Below are positions 37,487-46,697 of a DNA stretch of 64,000 bases, piece after piece. A model generated the notes under the pieces. It did no database searches. It worked only from the letters and a program-made list of their open reading frames with translations, and was not told where the DNA came from. The translations under genes were made by a program, and so were the position numbers. The stretch comes from Candidatus Saccharimonadales bacterium. GTDB taxonomy: Bacteria; Patescibacteriota; Saccharimonadia; Saccharimonadales; Saccharimonadaceae. The first letter of the stretch is position 1; every line of letters begins with the position of its first letter. The stretch lies in NCBI GenBank assembly GCA_036405235.1, contig DASWYA010000001.1:197486-261485 (forward strand), read 5' to 3'.

Positions 37487-38839
37487 TTAGTCACTTCCGT
37501 GACGCTTGTCGAGTGACATGAAACGTAGACGCTCTGGGTGGAAGTAGAGTTCTACCTTGCCAGTTGGGCCATTTCGATGTTTAGCAATGATAAGGTCGGT
37601 AATGTTTTCGAACTCGGGGTTGTCTGGCTCGTAATACCCCGGACGATAGATGAAGGTGACGATATCAGCATCCTGCTCGATAGAGCCTGATTCGCGGAGG
37701 TCAGAAAGCTGAGGAATTTGTGGGCTTCTGCTCTCGACTGAACGGGAGAGCTGACTGAGTGCAATAAGGGGTACGTTGAGCTCGCGTGCGATCAGCTTGA
37801 GGCCGCGAGAGATTTCTGAGACTTCTTGCACGCGATTACCATCGCTGCGGCCACTCGCTTGCATGAGTTGCAAATAGTCAACGATGATAAGACCAAGCGG
37901 CTGCTCGTGGCTGATCCGACGTGCCTTGGTGCGCATTTCGAGTACTGTTAAGCCTGGGGTGTCGTCGATAAAGATGGGTGCTTCTGCCATCTCACCCATG
38001 GCCTCGGAAAGTTTTGAAAAGTCATCGTCCGAAAGATTACCAGTACGAATATTCCATGCGTCGACTCCAGAAGCGTCGGCAAGCATACGATCTACGAGTT
38101 GCTCTTTACTCATCTCGAGGCTGAAAAAGAGTACGGGCTCTTTGGCGATAGTTGCAACATTGTACGCTAGGTTTGTGACAAATGTTGTCTTACCCATCGC
38201 TGGTCGGGCTGCGAGAATCAAGAGGTCGGATCTCTGCAGACCCGCGGTCATGTTGTCTAGGTCGCGATAACCGGTGCGAACTCCTCTGATTTGTCCTTTG
38301 TTTTTGTGTAGCTCTTCAAGACGGTCAAAGCTTTCCGTGAGGATACTTTCAAGAGAGATGACATCTTGTTTTAGGGATTGGTCGGATACAGAAAAAAGTT
38401 CCGCCTCTGCTTTCTCCAGCAGCTCCTGGGTGGTGGTGTCTTCGTCATAGCCGAGCTCAGAAATGTCTCCGCTGGCTTTAATTAAGCGCCTGCGCACGGC
38501 TTTTTGAGCAACGATTTCTGCGTAGCTTTCGGCATGGGCGGCTGTCGGCACGTACGTAGTTAGTTCCGTGAGATAGGCTGAGCCGCCTATTGTGTCGAGC
38601 TCCTTTTTACGTTTTAGTTCATCGGTGAGCGTAAGAAGATCGACGGGCTTATGCTTCTCGTAGAGTCGCATCATAGCACCAAAAATAATGCCATGCGATT
38701 TGTCATAGAAATCGTTCGATTTCACGTGCTCGGTAATGTCTGCCAAGGTTTCGTCGTCGATTAAAACAGCACCAAGTAAACTTTTCTCGGCATCTAAACT
38801 TTGGGGTGGCACTTTGCCGGCGGAAACTTCCTTACTCAT
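37487..38839 (-). CDS. dnaB: Replicative DNA helicase DnaB
   Basis: The 450-aa product has the N-terminal motif PPQSLDAEKSLLGAVL and Walker A ARPAMGKTTF. No intein is present. Confidence 0.93.
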   Translation of the reverse strand: MSKEVSAGKVPPQSLDAEKSLLGAVLIDDETLADITEHVKSNDFYDKSHGIIFGAMMRLYEKHKPVDLLTLTDELKRKKELDTIGGSAYLTELTTYVPTAAHAESYAEIVAQKAVRRRLIKASGDISELGYDEDTTTQELLEKAEAELFSVSDQSLKQDVISLESILTESFDRLEELHKNKGQIRGVRTGYRDLDNMTAGLQRSDLLILAARPAMGKTTFVTNLAYNVATIAKEPVLFFSLEMSKEQLVDRMLADASGVDAWNIRTGNLSDDDFSKLSEAMGEMAEAPIFIDDTPGLTVLEMRTKARRISHEQPLGLIIVDYLQLMQASGRSDGNRVQEVSEISRGLKLIARELNVPLIALSQLSRSVESRSPQIPQLSDLRESGSIEQDADIVTFIYRPGYYEPDNPEFENITDLIIAKHRNGPTGKVELYFHPERLRFMSLDKRHGSD

Positions 38840-40271
38840 CTAAACTCACTTCTTCTCCACCCCCCATCATAGCAGCAACACTCGCGACTGTCGCGTTATC
38901 TGACGGCTTTGCACCTGGAATAATGTTTAATTCTCGCTCAGCGTCGGTTTGCTCTGCGATCAGCTCGTGGATAATTTGCTGGAATTTAGATGTCTCAAGC
39001 TTTTTCTTATAGAACTCATTACGCCCATAAATTGTCAGAGTATCTCCGTCATCAATGGCGTCGCACTTTGCTAAGACGCTATGAAGTGCAATACTGCTGG
39101 CTTTAGTGCTTTCGAGGAAGTCTGCCCAATCTACTTTAGCGCCGTTAGGATTTGTCTTTGTTTTTGGCTTTGGTGATTCTAGTTTCTGTGGGAGTTCTGG
39201 AACGTCGGTCTCTATTGTCTTCATCGGCTTACGCTCTTTCGGGTGCTCTTCCGTCGCTTTTTTTGCAAGTGATGGGATCGGAGCTGCAATAGCCGGCATA
39301 GTCTTGTTGTATGAAGGCTTGTTTGCCCCTATGAAGTCGGCTAGTACGGTTATGAGTTTTACGCTGGGGAAATGAGACTGGCCGACATCTAGTAGGGCAT
39401 CGAGGAGCTTCACATACTGCGGATTTTTACTCAGATTTGCTTGCAGGACGTGTATAAGTTGATCAGTGAGGATCTTTGCTTGAATACCTTGCTCGGTGCT
39501 TGTGGCGAGCAATTGTAAAGTAACAGGAAGATTGCTTGTATTCAGTGATTCGATGAGATTGTCAACCATTTTTTGTGGAGCCAGACCAAGGCTTGTCTCG
39601 ATTGTCTGAGTGGTGATTTCCTCTCCGTTACTTCTGCTGCTTGCGAGCTGATCAAGAAGACTGACGCTGTCACGATAGCTGCCATCGGAATGCTGTGCAA
39701 TTAATTCAAGCGCTTCACTATTGATATTGATAGATTCTTCCTTCGCGATAGAGGTAAGATTTTTCTTTATATCCTCGATTGAAGCGCGACGGAACGTATG
39801 ACGCTGAGTCCTACTGATGATGGTCTCGGGTAGCTTATCGACGTCTGTGGTAGCAAGAATAAACACGACATGCTCTGGCGGCTCTTCGAGTGTTTTTAGT
39901 AAAGCGTTAAATGCAGCCTTGGACAGCATATGCACTTCGTCTATGATGTAGATTTTCTTTTTTGCAGATGATGGCGCAAGGTTTACCTTTTCACGCAAGT
40001 CTCGAATGTCGTCGACGCCATTATTGCTGGCTGCATCGATCTCAATGATGTCTAGATGAATTGATTCGTCTGAGTACGGTAACTCGTTGATCTCATGCGC
40101 AAGAATCCTAGCTATGCTCGTCTTCCCTACTCCACGCGGACCAGTGAAAAGATATGCATGCGCAATTCGACCTGATTTTAGAGCATTTTCGAGCAAAGTC
40201 GTGACGTGCTCTTGTCCGACAATTTCAGATAGTTTCCGCGAACGATACTTGCGGTATAAGGCCTTCCCCAT
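38832..40271 (-). CDS. dnaX: DNA polymerase III subunit gamma/tau
   Basis: The 479-aa product contains GPRGVGKTSIARILA, IYIIDEVHML and SRTQRH motifs. Confidence 0.9.
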   Translation of the reverse strand: MGKALYRKYRSRKLSEIVGQEHVTTLLENALKSGRIAHAYLFTGPRGVGKTSIARILAHEINELPYSDESIHLDIIEIDAASNNGVDDIRDLREKVNLAPSSAKKKIYIIDEVHMLSKAAFNALLKTLEEPPEHVVFILATTDVDKLPETIISRTQRHTFRRASIEDIKKNLTSIAKEESININSEALELIAQHSDGSYRDSVSLLDQLASSRSNGEEITTQTIETSLGLAPQKMVDNLIESLNTSNLPVTLQLLATSTEQGIQAKILTDQLIHVLQANLSKNPQYVKLLDALLDVGQSHFPSVKLITVLADFIGANKPSYNKTMPAIAAPIPSLAKKATEEHPKERKPMKTIETDVPELPQKLESPKPKTKTNPNGAKVDWADFLESTKASSIALHSVLAKCDAIDDGDTLTIYGRNEFYKKKLETSKFQQIIHELIAEQTDAERELNIIPGAKPSDNATVASVAAMMGGGEEVSLDE

Positions 40272-40297
40272 TACTACTATTGTACGCTATCAAGAGC

Positions 40298-40798
40298 TTA
40301 TTTAGCACTACTAGAAAGTGGTTTATTTTTCTTGCTCCGTGCGATATCCATGCTCATAACCACAACAAGTGTGATCATGACGATGAAGCCGCCACCGAAA
40401 CTAAGTGCAAATATAATTGTGTTCATCAACTCCGGAAGACCAATAAAAGTGAGTACAGATCCTACACTTTCTTTGGTATCACCACCGTCAACAAGTGACA
40501 GTTGGAACGTAAAAGCCAATGCGTAGTATGTCAGGAGTAGCAACATTGCCCACTCGGACAATTCTCTTTTTTTATTAACAAAAGCCAAAACGACAAGCAG
40601 TATATGATATGGGAAGAAGATGACGGCAGCAAGAGGAAGTGTGACAAGAAACATCCAGCCTCCAGCTCCAAAAAATGCACGTCCGAGTGCTATCCAAATC
40701 GGCATGACAAGTATCATGGGGATTAGCGACCAATACGCAACTTTATAGATAGACGGTGATTTTGGAAATTCCGCTCTATCTGTGAGTTGCTCTGTCAT
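40298..40798 (-). CDS. Integral membrane protein (166 aa), unknown function
   Basis: The product has four predicted TM helices. Confidence 0.45.
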   Translation of the reverse strand: MTEQLTDRAEFPKSPSIYKVAYWSLIPMILVMPIWIALGRAFFGAGGWMFLVTLPLAAVIFFPYHILLVVLAFVNKKRELSEWAMLLLLTYYALAFTFQLSLVDGGDTKESVGSVLTFIGLPELMNTIIFALSFGGGFIVMITLVVVMSMDIARSKKNKPLSSSAK

Positions 40799-40806
40799 GA
40801 TCTCGC

Positions 40807-41322
40807 CTAGAGGGCCGCTTCAACGGCTGCCCACGTAGCATCTGGATTGTCGGTTGGAACAATGATAGTGACTTGGTCGCCTACGTTGATGCGGAAGTAT
40901 GTGACGCTTGCAAGCAAGATGCGGTATTCTCTACCGCTTGCTTCCACGTAGTATGCGCCGTCGTGTTGTACGAGTGTGCCAATGACTTGTGTGCGGTCGA
41001 CTGGGCCGATTTGTTTGTAGATGAAACTTCCATCGTCGGCGATTGTGAGCTTCAAAATATCACCTTCTACAAGCTTTGATTTAGAAGCGTAGTTGGCTGG
41101 AATTGGATATTCTTTTCCGTCGGGACCGGCCATTTTCTGGCCGTCAAAAACGCCTTCGACGACTTTTCCGCTAACCTCCTCGCGTGAGCTTGTAGGCGTG
41201 ACGACTGTGCCATCATCGCCAACGATACTTATGAGTAGCTCCTTGGCAGCAGCTAGATTTGTTTCAGCCTCTTGTATTAATGCATGCAAGCGTTTGACTT
41301 GCTTCTCTGGTAATTCAGACAT
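40807..41322 (-). CDS. Hypothetical protein (171 aa)
   Basis: The product has an N-terminal helix and a beta-rich C-terminal domain. No family was recognised. Confidence 0.45.
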   Translation of the reverse strand: MSELPEKQVKRLHALIQEAETNLAAAKELLISIVGDDGTVVTPTSSREEVSGKVVEGVFDGQKMAGPDGKEYPIPANYASKSKLVEGDILKLTIADDGSFIYKQIGPVDRTQVIGTLVQHDGAYYVEASGREYRILLASVTYFRINVGDQVTIIVPTDNPDATWAAVEAAL

Positions 41323-41444
41323 ATTCTCGCAGTTTCCTTGTCTGTTTTTAATTTATTGTACTACCCCTATTATATATCAATTCGAGGGCTTCTAGTCAAC
41401 CCTATTTTTATCCACAAATTTTTCTGGGGTAGCCAGGAAGTTGT

Positions 41445-41480
41445 TGTAAAATAAAACACCACCTGGAGTTCCAAGTGGTG
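41445..41480 (-). terminator. Rho-independent terminator after rplL
   Basis: On the minus strand, CACCACUUGG-AACU-CCAGGUGGUG is followed by UUUUAUUUU. Confidence 0.7.
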
Positions 41481-41508
41481 AAATATTTACAATATGGTCG
41501 GATAAGAG

Positions 41509-41889
41509 TTAGGCGAGTTCTACGCTAGCGCCAGCTTCTTCGAGAGCTTTCTTAGCAGCTTCTGCTTCTTCTTTGTTTACTTTTTCCTTCACAGGCGCAG
41601 GTGCGCCGTCAACGATAGCTTTTGCTTCGCCAAGGCCAAGACCAGTGATTTCCTTTACGGCTTTGATGACTGCAACTTTTTGTGCACCAGCGTCAGTTAG
41701 CTTTACAGTGAACTCAGTTTTTTCATCGTCACCGCCAGCAGCGCCAGCGTCAGCAGCTGGACCAGCTACTGCTACAGCAGCTGCTGCAGGTTCGATGCCG
41801 TATTCGTCTTTTAGGATTGTTTTTAGTTCGTTTACTTCAAGCACTGTAAGTGCTGTAAGTTCTTTTGCAAGTTTAGCTACATCAGCCAT
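41509..41889 (-). CDS. rplL: 50S ribosomal protein L7/L12
   Basis: The 126-aa product has an Ala-rich hinge and a C-terminal [19 protein letters not shown]. Confidence 0.93.
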   Translation of the reverse strand: MADVAKLAKELTALTVLEVNELKTILKDEYGIEPAAAAVAVAGPAADAGAAGGDDEKTEFTVKLTDAGAQKVAVIKAVKEITGLGLGEAKAIVDGAPAPVKEKVNKEEAEAAKKALEEAGASVELA

Positions 41890-41928
41890 GACTTACTCCT
41901 TCGTTGTTCGGGTTAATAATGTTGCAGC

Positions 41929-42453
41929 TTATGCTGCTGCTTTAGCTTCTACGCCATCAAGTAGCGCGTGAAGATTGCCAGAAAGTGCGTTTGTAGTGTC
42001 GTGCACAGGGCTAAGTAGCTGTGCGACCACTTCTGCAATGAGTTGCTGTTTGCTCGGTAGACCGGCAAGTGCTTTTACGTCTGCTTCTGATTGTGCAAGA
42101 CCAGCGTCTGAGAAGCCACCGGCTAGTTCTAGGCTTGGATGAGTCTTTGCAAACTCGTTCAAGACCTTACTTGGTGCAACTTCATCACTTGAAGAAAATG
42201 CGTAAAGCAATTGACCTTCAAGCATTGATGTATCAGTACTTTTGAAAGTCTTGTCTTCAAGCATCGAAACGCGTACAAGTCGGTTTTTGACAACTCGAAT
42301 TGACACATCATTTGCACGAGCTTCTTTACGCAAGTTTTGCATGTCGGCTACGCTGAGGCCAGCGTAGCGAGCAAATGCAACTGCCTTCGCGTCTTTTAGC
42401 GCATCACTTAATTCGGCAACTAAAGCTTGTTTTTTATCACGTGTAATCGCCAT
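41929..42453 (-). CDS. rplJ: 50S ribosomal protein L10
   Basis: The 174-aa ORF lies immediately upstream of rplL and shows the typical L10 pattern. Confidence 0.9.
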   Translation of the reverse strand: MAITRDKKQALVAELSDALKDAKAVAFARYAGLSVADMQNLRKEARANDVSIRVVKNRLVRVSMLEDKTFKSTDTSMLEGQLLYAFSSSDEVAPSKVLNEFAKTHPSLELAGGFSDAGLAQSEADVKALAGLPSKQQLIAEVVAQLLSPVHDTTNALSGNLHALLDGVEAKAAA

Positions 42454-42612
42454 AAAATTCCTTTACTTTAGATTGATTTCGACCATATTGTTAAGGGTCG
42501 ACATCACAAGTGTGAAACAAGAGTATTGCCTCGGTAGCATGATTAAATCTGTTGATCGCTACTGTCTTTGGTAATGTCTATTGGATATTTTAGCAAAAAG
42601 AGGTTATTTTGT
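42454..42612 (-). promoter_or_regulatory. Possible structured L10 (rplJL) leader
   Basis: This 159-nt untranslated region has hairpins GUAGC...GCUAC and UCGACC...GGUCGA. The position matches that of known L10 leaders, but no motif-level match was made. Confidence 0.3.
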
Positions 42613-43452
42613 CTAGGCTCGACTTTGATCTGTGAAGTGTTTTAGTGCAGATGTTGTGCGGCTAACCCAGTCGTCTATCTCATGCTCTTTTGAGGTATCG
42701 CTTGCACCCGAGATCATTAACTGCTGCAGTAGTAGTTCTCGCCTGTCGTCGTCTCGATGATTTGCCGCAATTGAACCTAATGTTCTGAAGATCATCTCGG
42801 CGCATAGGTTATTCCTCACCTCAAGAGTTACATCGAGTGAGTCGAAAGGTCCGGTATCTGTGCGTACTAAAGTATTGAGGAGTGGATCACGGTCAGTGGC
42901 GATTAGCGGCATGGGCTGGACTGTTGTGGTAGCAACCTGGACATTTCTGTTGGAGGCAAGTGTGCGATAACCACGAGCCATGCCGGTGGTTCTGTTGATC
43001 CTCGTGTCTTGAGCTGAAATGACATTAAGGTTTTTGCTGCTATTTTTGACAATTCCAGCTAAAAAGTGTGCAGCGGCATAGATCGTACCACCATTTTGCA
43101 CTTCATCAAGCAGTACGAATTTAATATCTTCGTCTTTCAATTCTCCGATAGATCGTTCAAGCGCATGTTGTTTCTGAGGTTTGTTCAGGCCTGATGTCCC
43201 CACTTGCGGATGTTGAGAAAAGTGAGTACCGATAGGTGGACGTATCACCTCAGTAGCGAAGTTTTTATCAACACCGGGTAGACCTTCGGCGGCCCAGTAG
43301 ATAGGCATGGCGCCTCTTTCAGGCGTAACGAGAGCATCAGCTCCGCTGGCAAGTATAGCTGCGCGCACTACCTGCGTTTTTGCAGCAAAATCAGCCGCGT
43401 CTTCTGGGGTTGACCGCAGTAACATCGCAACCGTTTCGGCAGGTGCTGTCAT
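42613..43452 (-). CDS. Phosphoribosyltransferase-fold protein of unknown specificity
   Basis: The 279-aa product has a PRPP-loop-like FVLLDEVQNGGTIYAA and an upstream ERGAMPI element. TGcTATAAT lies 7 nt upstream of the ATG. Confidence 0.5.
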   Translation of the reverse strand: MTAPAETVAMLLRSTPEDAADFAAKTQVVRAAILASGADALVTPERGAMPIYWAAEGLPGVDKNFATEVIRPPIGTHFSQHPQVGTSGLNKPQKQHALERSIGELKDEDIKFVLLDEVQNGGTIYAAAHFLAGIVKNSSKNLNVISAQDTRINRTTGMARGYRTLASNRNVQVATTTVQPMPLIATDRDPLLNTLVRTDTGPFDSLDVTLEVRNNLCAEMIFRTLGSIAANHRDDDRRELLLQQLMISGASDTSKEHEIDDWVSRTTSALKHFTDQSRA

Positions 43453-43497
43453 GCTATATATTATAGCATAAACATTAGATAATTACAATTACTATTA

Positions 43498-44130
43498 CTA
43501 TGGAAGTATTTTGCTGATATATTCAGTTTGTATCTCGGCGGCGATCTCGTTGGGAGATTTTGCGGCATCTAATATGGGAAGCTGCTGAGATTTGGCTATC
43601 TCAAGATAACCATTGCTAACGCGCTCTTGAAAAACGCCAGTGCGAGACTCGAAGGTGTCAGGATTCTTAACTGATCCTCGCTCGGCTATTCTGCTAGCGC
43701 GTGTATCATGGTCAAGAGTGAGAATGATTGCAAGGTCAGGCTTCATGTATGATTCGCTAGTGAATTCGGCAGTCAGTCTCGTGATGAGGTCAAGGTCAAG
43801 GCCTTCCCCGTATCCTTGGTACGCGAGAGTTGAGAAATAGTTACGTGAGCAGACGACCCACTTGCCTTCTTCTAGGTCTTTCTCTGCTTGCTTCCAGATT
43901 TCATGGCGAGCAGCGGTAAAGAGCAAAAGATTAGTAGCGCCACTGCGCTCGAGCATGCCATTGATGATGACCTCGCGAATCGCACCTGCGATCGGTGTCC
44001 CAGACGGCTCCTGGTACTCACTCGACTCAATTCCTTTGCTGGATAGATATTCTCTGAGTAACTTTACTTGCGTTGACTTGCCTGTGCCGTCATTGCCTTC
44101 GATGACGATGTACTTGCCTCTCGACATCAC
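43498..44130 (-). CDS. tmk: Thymidylate kinase
   Basis: The 210-aa product has the P-loop IEGNDGTGKSTQ. Confidence 0.88.
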   Translation of the reverse strand: MMSRGKYIVIEGNDGTGKSTQVKLLREYLSSKGIESSEYQEPSGTPIAGAIREVIINGMLERSGATNLLLFTAARHEIWKQAEKDLEEGKWVVCSRNYFSTLAYQGYGEGLDLDLITRLTAEFTSESYMKPDLAIILTLDHDTRASRIAERGSVKNPDTFESRTGVFQERVSNGYLEIAKSQQLPILDAAKSPNEIAAEIQTEYISKILP

Positions 44131-44849
44131 TTCATTCCAGCTGCTAAGCCATCAATTTTTGGTGCAGGAACTCGCTGATCTTTGAATGCTCGTGGTAGCA
44201 TCATCTCTGGTTTCCAGGTGCGAATAAGCTCATCCAAGTCATCGGTATGTTGATATTTACCGCTCATACCGTCGCGCCCTTCTGCGTAGCCGCCTTCAAC
44301 TGGTCCGGTGTGATGGAATATGAGTTGTCCTACGCGCTCGCCTACTGGCAAGACGACGCTTTCGTGCATATTGAGATTGTATATTTCGAGAGTGATGCGG
44401 TTTATGTATCCTGGATCTACCCAGCCAGCATCAAAACAAACTGCAACACCATTTCTTCCCCAGCTAGAGCGGCTCTTTACTTCGCAGGCGCCACCGTGTG
44501 CGCGTATGCCAACGAATTCGTGGGTGTGCGCTAGGATGCGCTCACCTGGCTGTAACACAATGATTGGGTGGTCTTCGGGAATATTTGCGAACAAATTAAC
44601 GCCATTTTTCTCACACCACTCTTTGTGAGGAATTGCCTCAAGCGGACCTTTGAAGTAACGCGCTACGTCAGATTCGTCAAAAGGATTGTACACCCCAGCT
44701 GCTTCTGGCTGGTACTCCTGTTTGTAGAAATAGTGACCAAGCGTGAAGTCGAGGCTTGCCTCGGAGACGTGCTTGTCGTTGAACGGCACGCAGACGATTG
44801 TTCCGTCGTCTACAGCCGTGCGGATTTCGGTGTTACTGTATACTCCCAT
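44127..44849 (-). CDS. dcd: dCTP deaminase / dUTPase-superfamily protein (long form)
   Basis: The 240-aa product has the SRSSWGRNGVAV motif (RSSxGRxG) and a beta-barrel pattern. Confidence 0.72.
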   Translation of the reverse strand: MGVYSNTEIRTAVDDGTIVCVPFNDKHVSEASLDFTLGHYFYKQEYQPEAAGVYNPFDESDVARYFKGPLEAIPHKEWCEKNGVNLFANIPEDHPIIVLQPGERILAHTHEFVGIRAHGGACEVKSRSSWGRNGVAVCFDAGWVDPGYINRITLEIYNLNMHESVVLPVGERVGQLIFHHTGPVEGGYAEGRDGMSGKYQHTDDLDELIRTWKPEMMLPRAFKDQRVPAPKIDGLAAGMK

Positions 44850-44878
44850 AAACTAATTCTAGTGTATCATAAGTAGGT

Positions 44879-45382
44879 ATGAAATCGATTATCGTTGGTA
44901 TGGGAAAAAATCGTGAAATTGGAGCAAACCAAGACATGCCATGGAGTAATTCCCTGCCTGATGATTTAGCGAATTTTCGCAAACTCTCGACCGGTAAAAC
45001 GGTAATTATGGGGTATCGCACATTTGAGAGTATCGGCAAACGACCGCTGCCAAATCGGCAGAATATTGTGATCAGTCGAGAGCCAACTGGCGTCCAGGGT
45101 GTGCTGACGGCGCATTCTCTCAAGGCTGCTTACGCGTTGGCGCAGTACGATATTGTCGTTATGGGTGGCGGACAGATTTACGCGCAGGCTATTGATGATA
45201 TGGATGTGCTTTATGTCACGGAAGTTGATGCGGAATTTCCTGAAGCAACTGTATTCTTTCCTGAGATTGATAAGGCGAAATGGCAAGAAGCTTCTCGCGA
45301 GCATCACGTGGCTGACGAGCGCAATAAGTATGCGTTTGACTTTGTCGTATATCATCGTAAGCATGACACAAAGATCAAGTAA
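44879..45382 (+). CDS. folA: Dihydrofolate reductase
   Basis: The 167-aa product shows the IGANQDMPW...LPDDLANFRKLSTGKTVIMGYRTFESIG pattern. Confidence 0.88.
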   Translation: MKSIIVGMGKNREIGANQDMPWSNSLPDDLANFRKLSTGKTVIMGYRTFESIGKRPLPNRQNIVISREPTGVQGVLTAHSLKAAYALAQYDIVVMGGGQIYAQAIDDMDVLYVTEVDAEFPEATVFFPEIDKAKWQEASREHHVADERNKYAFDFVVYHRKHDTKIK

Positions 45383-45674
45383 GGCTAATTTGGCAAAGAC
45401 GAAAGTAATTTTTCTAAGTGTTCTTCTGTTGTTTATAACTGCTACAGTATTTGCTGTAAAAGTTATTCAGATAGATCCGGTACATCAATGCAGCTACCGC
45501 TATACAGATAAAGGCTCGAATGTACTTATGGGACCTCCGGATAAGGAAGTAAGTCGAGAATACATGCCTTTCTGGTCTGTAGGAGCTCGTGAAGAGCGTC
45601 TCTACCAAGAGGGTCGCTGTTATCATATAGATTTTTGGTGGGCACCAAACAAAGTACAGGTCAATTATTCATAA
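45363..45674 (+). CDS. Small membrane-anchored/secreted hypothetical protein (103 aa)
   Basis: This is the internal ATG of track ORF 45153-45674. The product MTQRSSKANLAKTKVIFLSVLLLFITATVFAV has a signal-anchor. It overlaps the folA end by 20 nt. Confidence 0.4.
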   Translation: MTQRSSKANLAKTKVIFLSVLLLFITATVFAVKVIQIDPVHQCSYRYTDKGSNVLMGPPDKEVSREYMPFWSVGAREERLYQEGRCYHIDFWWAPNKVQVNYS

Positions 45675-45685
45675 GAAAGGATTGA

Positions 45686-46606
45686 CTATACGGCAATAGG
45701 TGCTTTGATCGGCGGATCTGGATTGTAATTTTCGAGCTTAATATCGTCAAATGTAAAGTCATCGATATTCTTGATATCGGGATTGAGCCAGAGAGTCGGC
45801 AGCTCTTTTGGCGTGCGAGAGAGCTGCTCCTTAACTTGCTCAAAGTGGTTGCTGTAGATGTGTGTGTCAGCGAGTGTATGGACGAATTCGCCTTGCTTAA
45901 GGCCTGTTACCTGAGCAACCATAGCAAGAAGAAGTGAGTAGCTGGCGATATTGAATGGTACGCCGAGGAACGTATCGGCGCTACGCTGGTAGAGCTGTAG
46001 GCTTAACTTGCCGTCTGCTACGTAGAACTGGAAAAGGCTGTGACATGGAGGCAAACCACCAATTTGTACAATTTCGTCGATCTCTGATGCGTTCCAGGCG
46101 CTAACGATGATTCGGCGGCTGTCTGGAGTATTTTTAATCATGTCGATAGCTCGCTCAATCTGATCCACGAAGCCACCCTTGCCATCTGGCCACTTGCGCC
46201 ACTGGACGCCGTAGACTGGACCGAGATCACCCCACTTCATGGCAAAGTCATGATCTGAGGCGACCTTTTCGATAAACTCTTTCATTTGAGATTTCCATTC
46301 GTCAGAATTAACCTCTGGCATTGGTAAGTTATTCTTTTCAAGATACGCTTTGAATGGCCATTCGTCCCAGATGTGGACATTATTTTGCGCCAAGTATTCA
46401 ATATTACCAGTTCCCTTTAGAAACCATAGAAGCTCATGGACAACAGAATTGAAATAGAGTTTTTTAGTGGTGACTGCTGGAAAGCCTTCGGAAAGATCAT
46501 AGCGAACCTGGCGGCCGAATACGCTACGTGTTCCTGTACCGGTACGATCACTCTTATCGACGCCGTGATCCATGATGTCTTGTAGTAGGTCTAGATATTG
46601 TCGCAT
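45686..46606 (-). CDS. thyA: Thymidylate synthase (ThyA)
   Basis: The 306-aa product contains [19 protein letters not shown] and DTHIY motifs. Confidence 0.93.
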   Translation of the reverse strand: MRQYLDLLQDIMDHGVDKSDRTGTGTRSVFGRQVRYDLSEGFPAVTTKKLYFNSVVHELLWFLKGTGNIEYLAQNNVHIWDEWPFKAYLEKNNLPMPEVNSDEWKSQMKEFIEKVASDHDFAMKWGDLGPVYGVQWRKWPDGKGGFVDQIERAIDMIKNTPDSRRIIVSAWNASEIDEIVQIGGLPPCHSLFQFYVADGKLSLQLYQRSADTFLGVPFNIASYSLLLAMVAQVTGLKQGEFVHTLADTHIYSNHFEQVKEQLSRTPKELPTLWLNPDIKNIDDFTFDDIKLENYNPDPPIKAPIAV

Positions 46607-46697
46607 GTCTGCCGGCTCCCCTCGCTTATTACTATATTCAGTATAACAAATACCACTCGGCTAGCGAGTGGTATTTGTGGCATAGAATAAGTAGCTA

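Noticed and set aside
39957-39963. An A AAA AAG heptamer lies in dnaX in the same frame as the E. coli programmed -1 frameshift site.
   Set aside because: It lies at codons about 103-105, inside the ATPase domain. A -1 shift would terminate after about 17 codons and give a non-functional fragment. No downstream stem-loop is evident, so I judge it coincidental Lys-Lys coding.
41573-41971. A 132-aa Ala/Ser-rich ORF on the plus strand was considered as a gene.
   Set aside because: It is antisense to rplL and the rplJ 3' end, and is an artefact of the Ala-rich codon usage of L7/L12.
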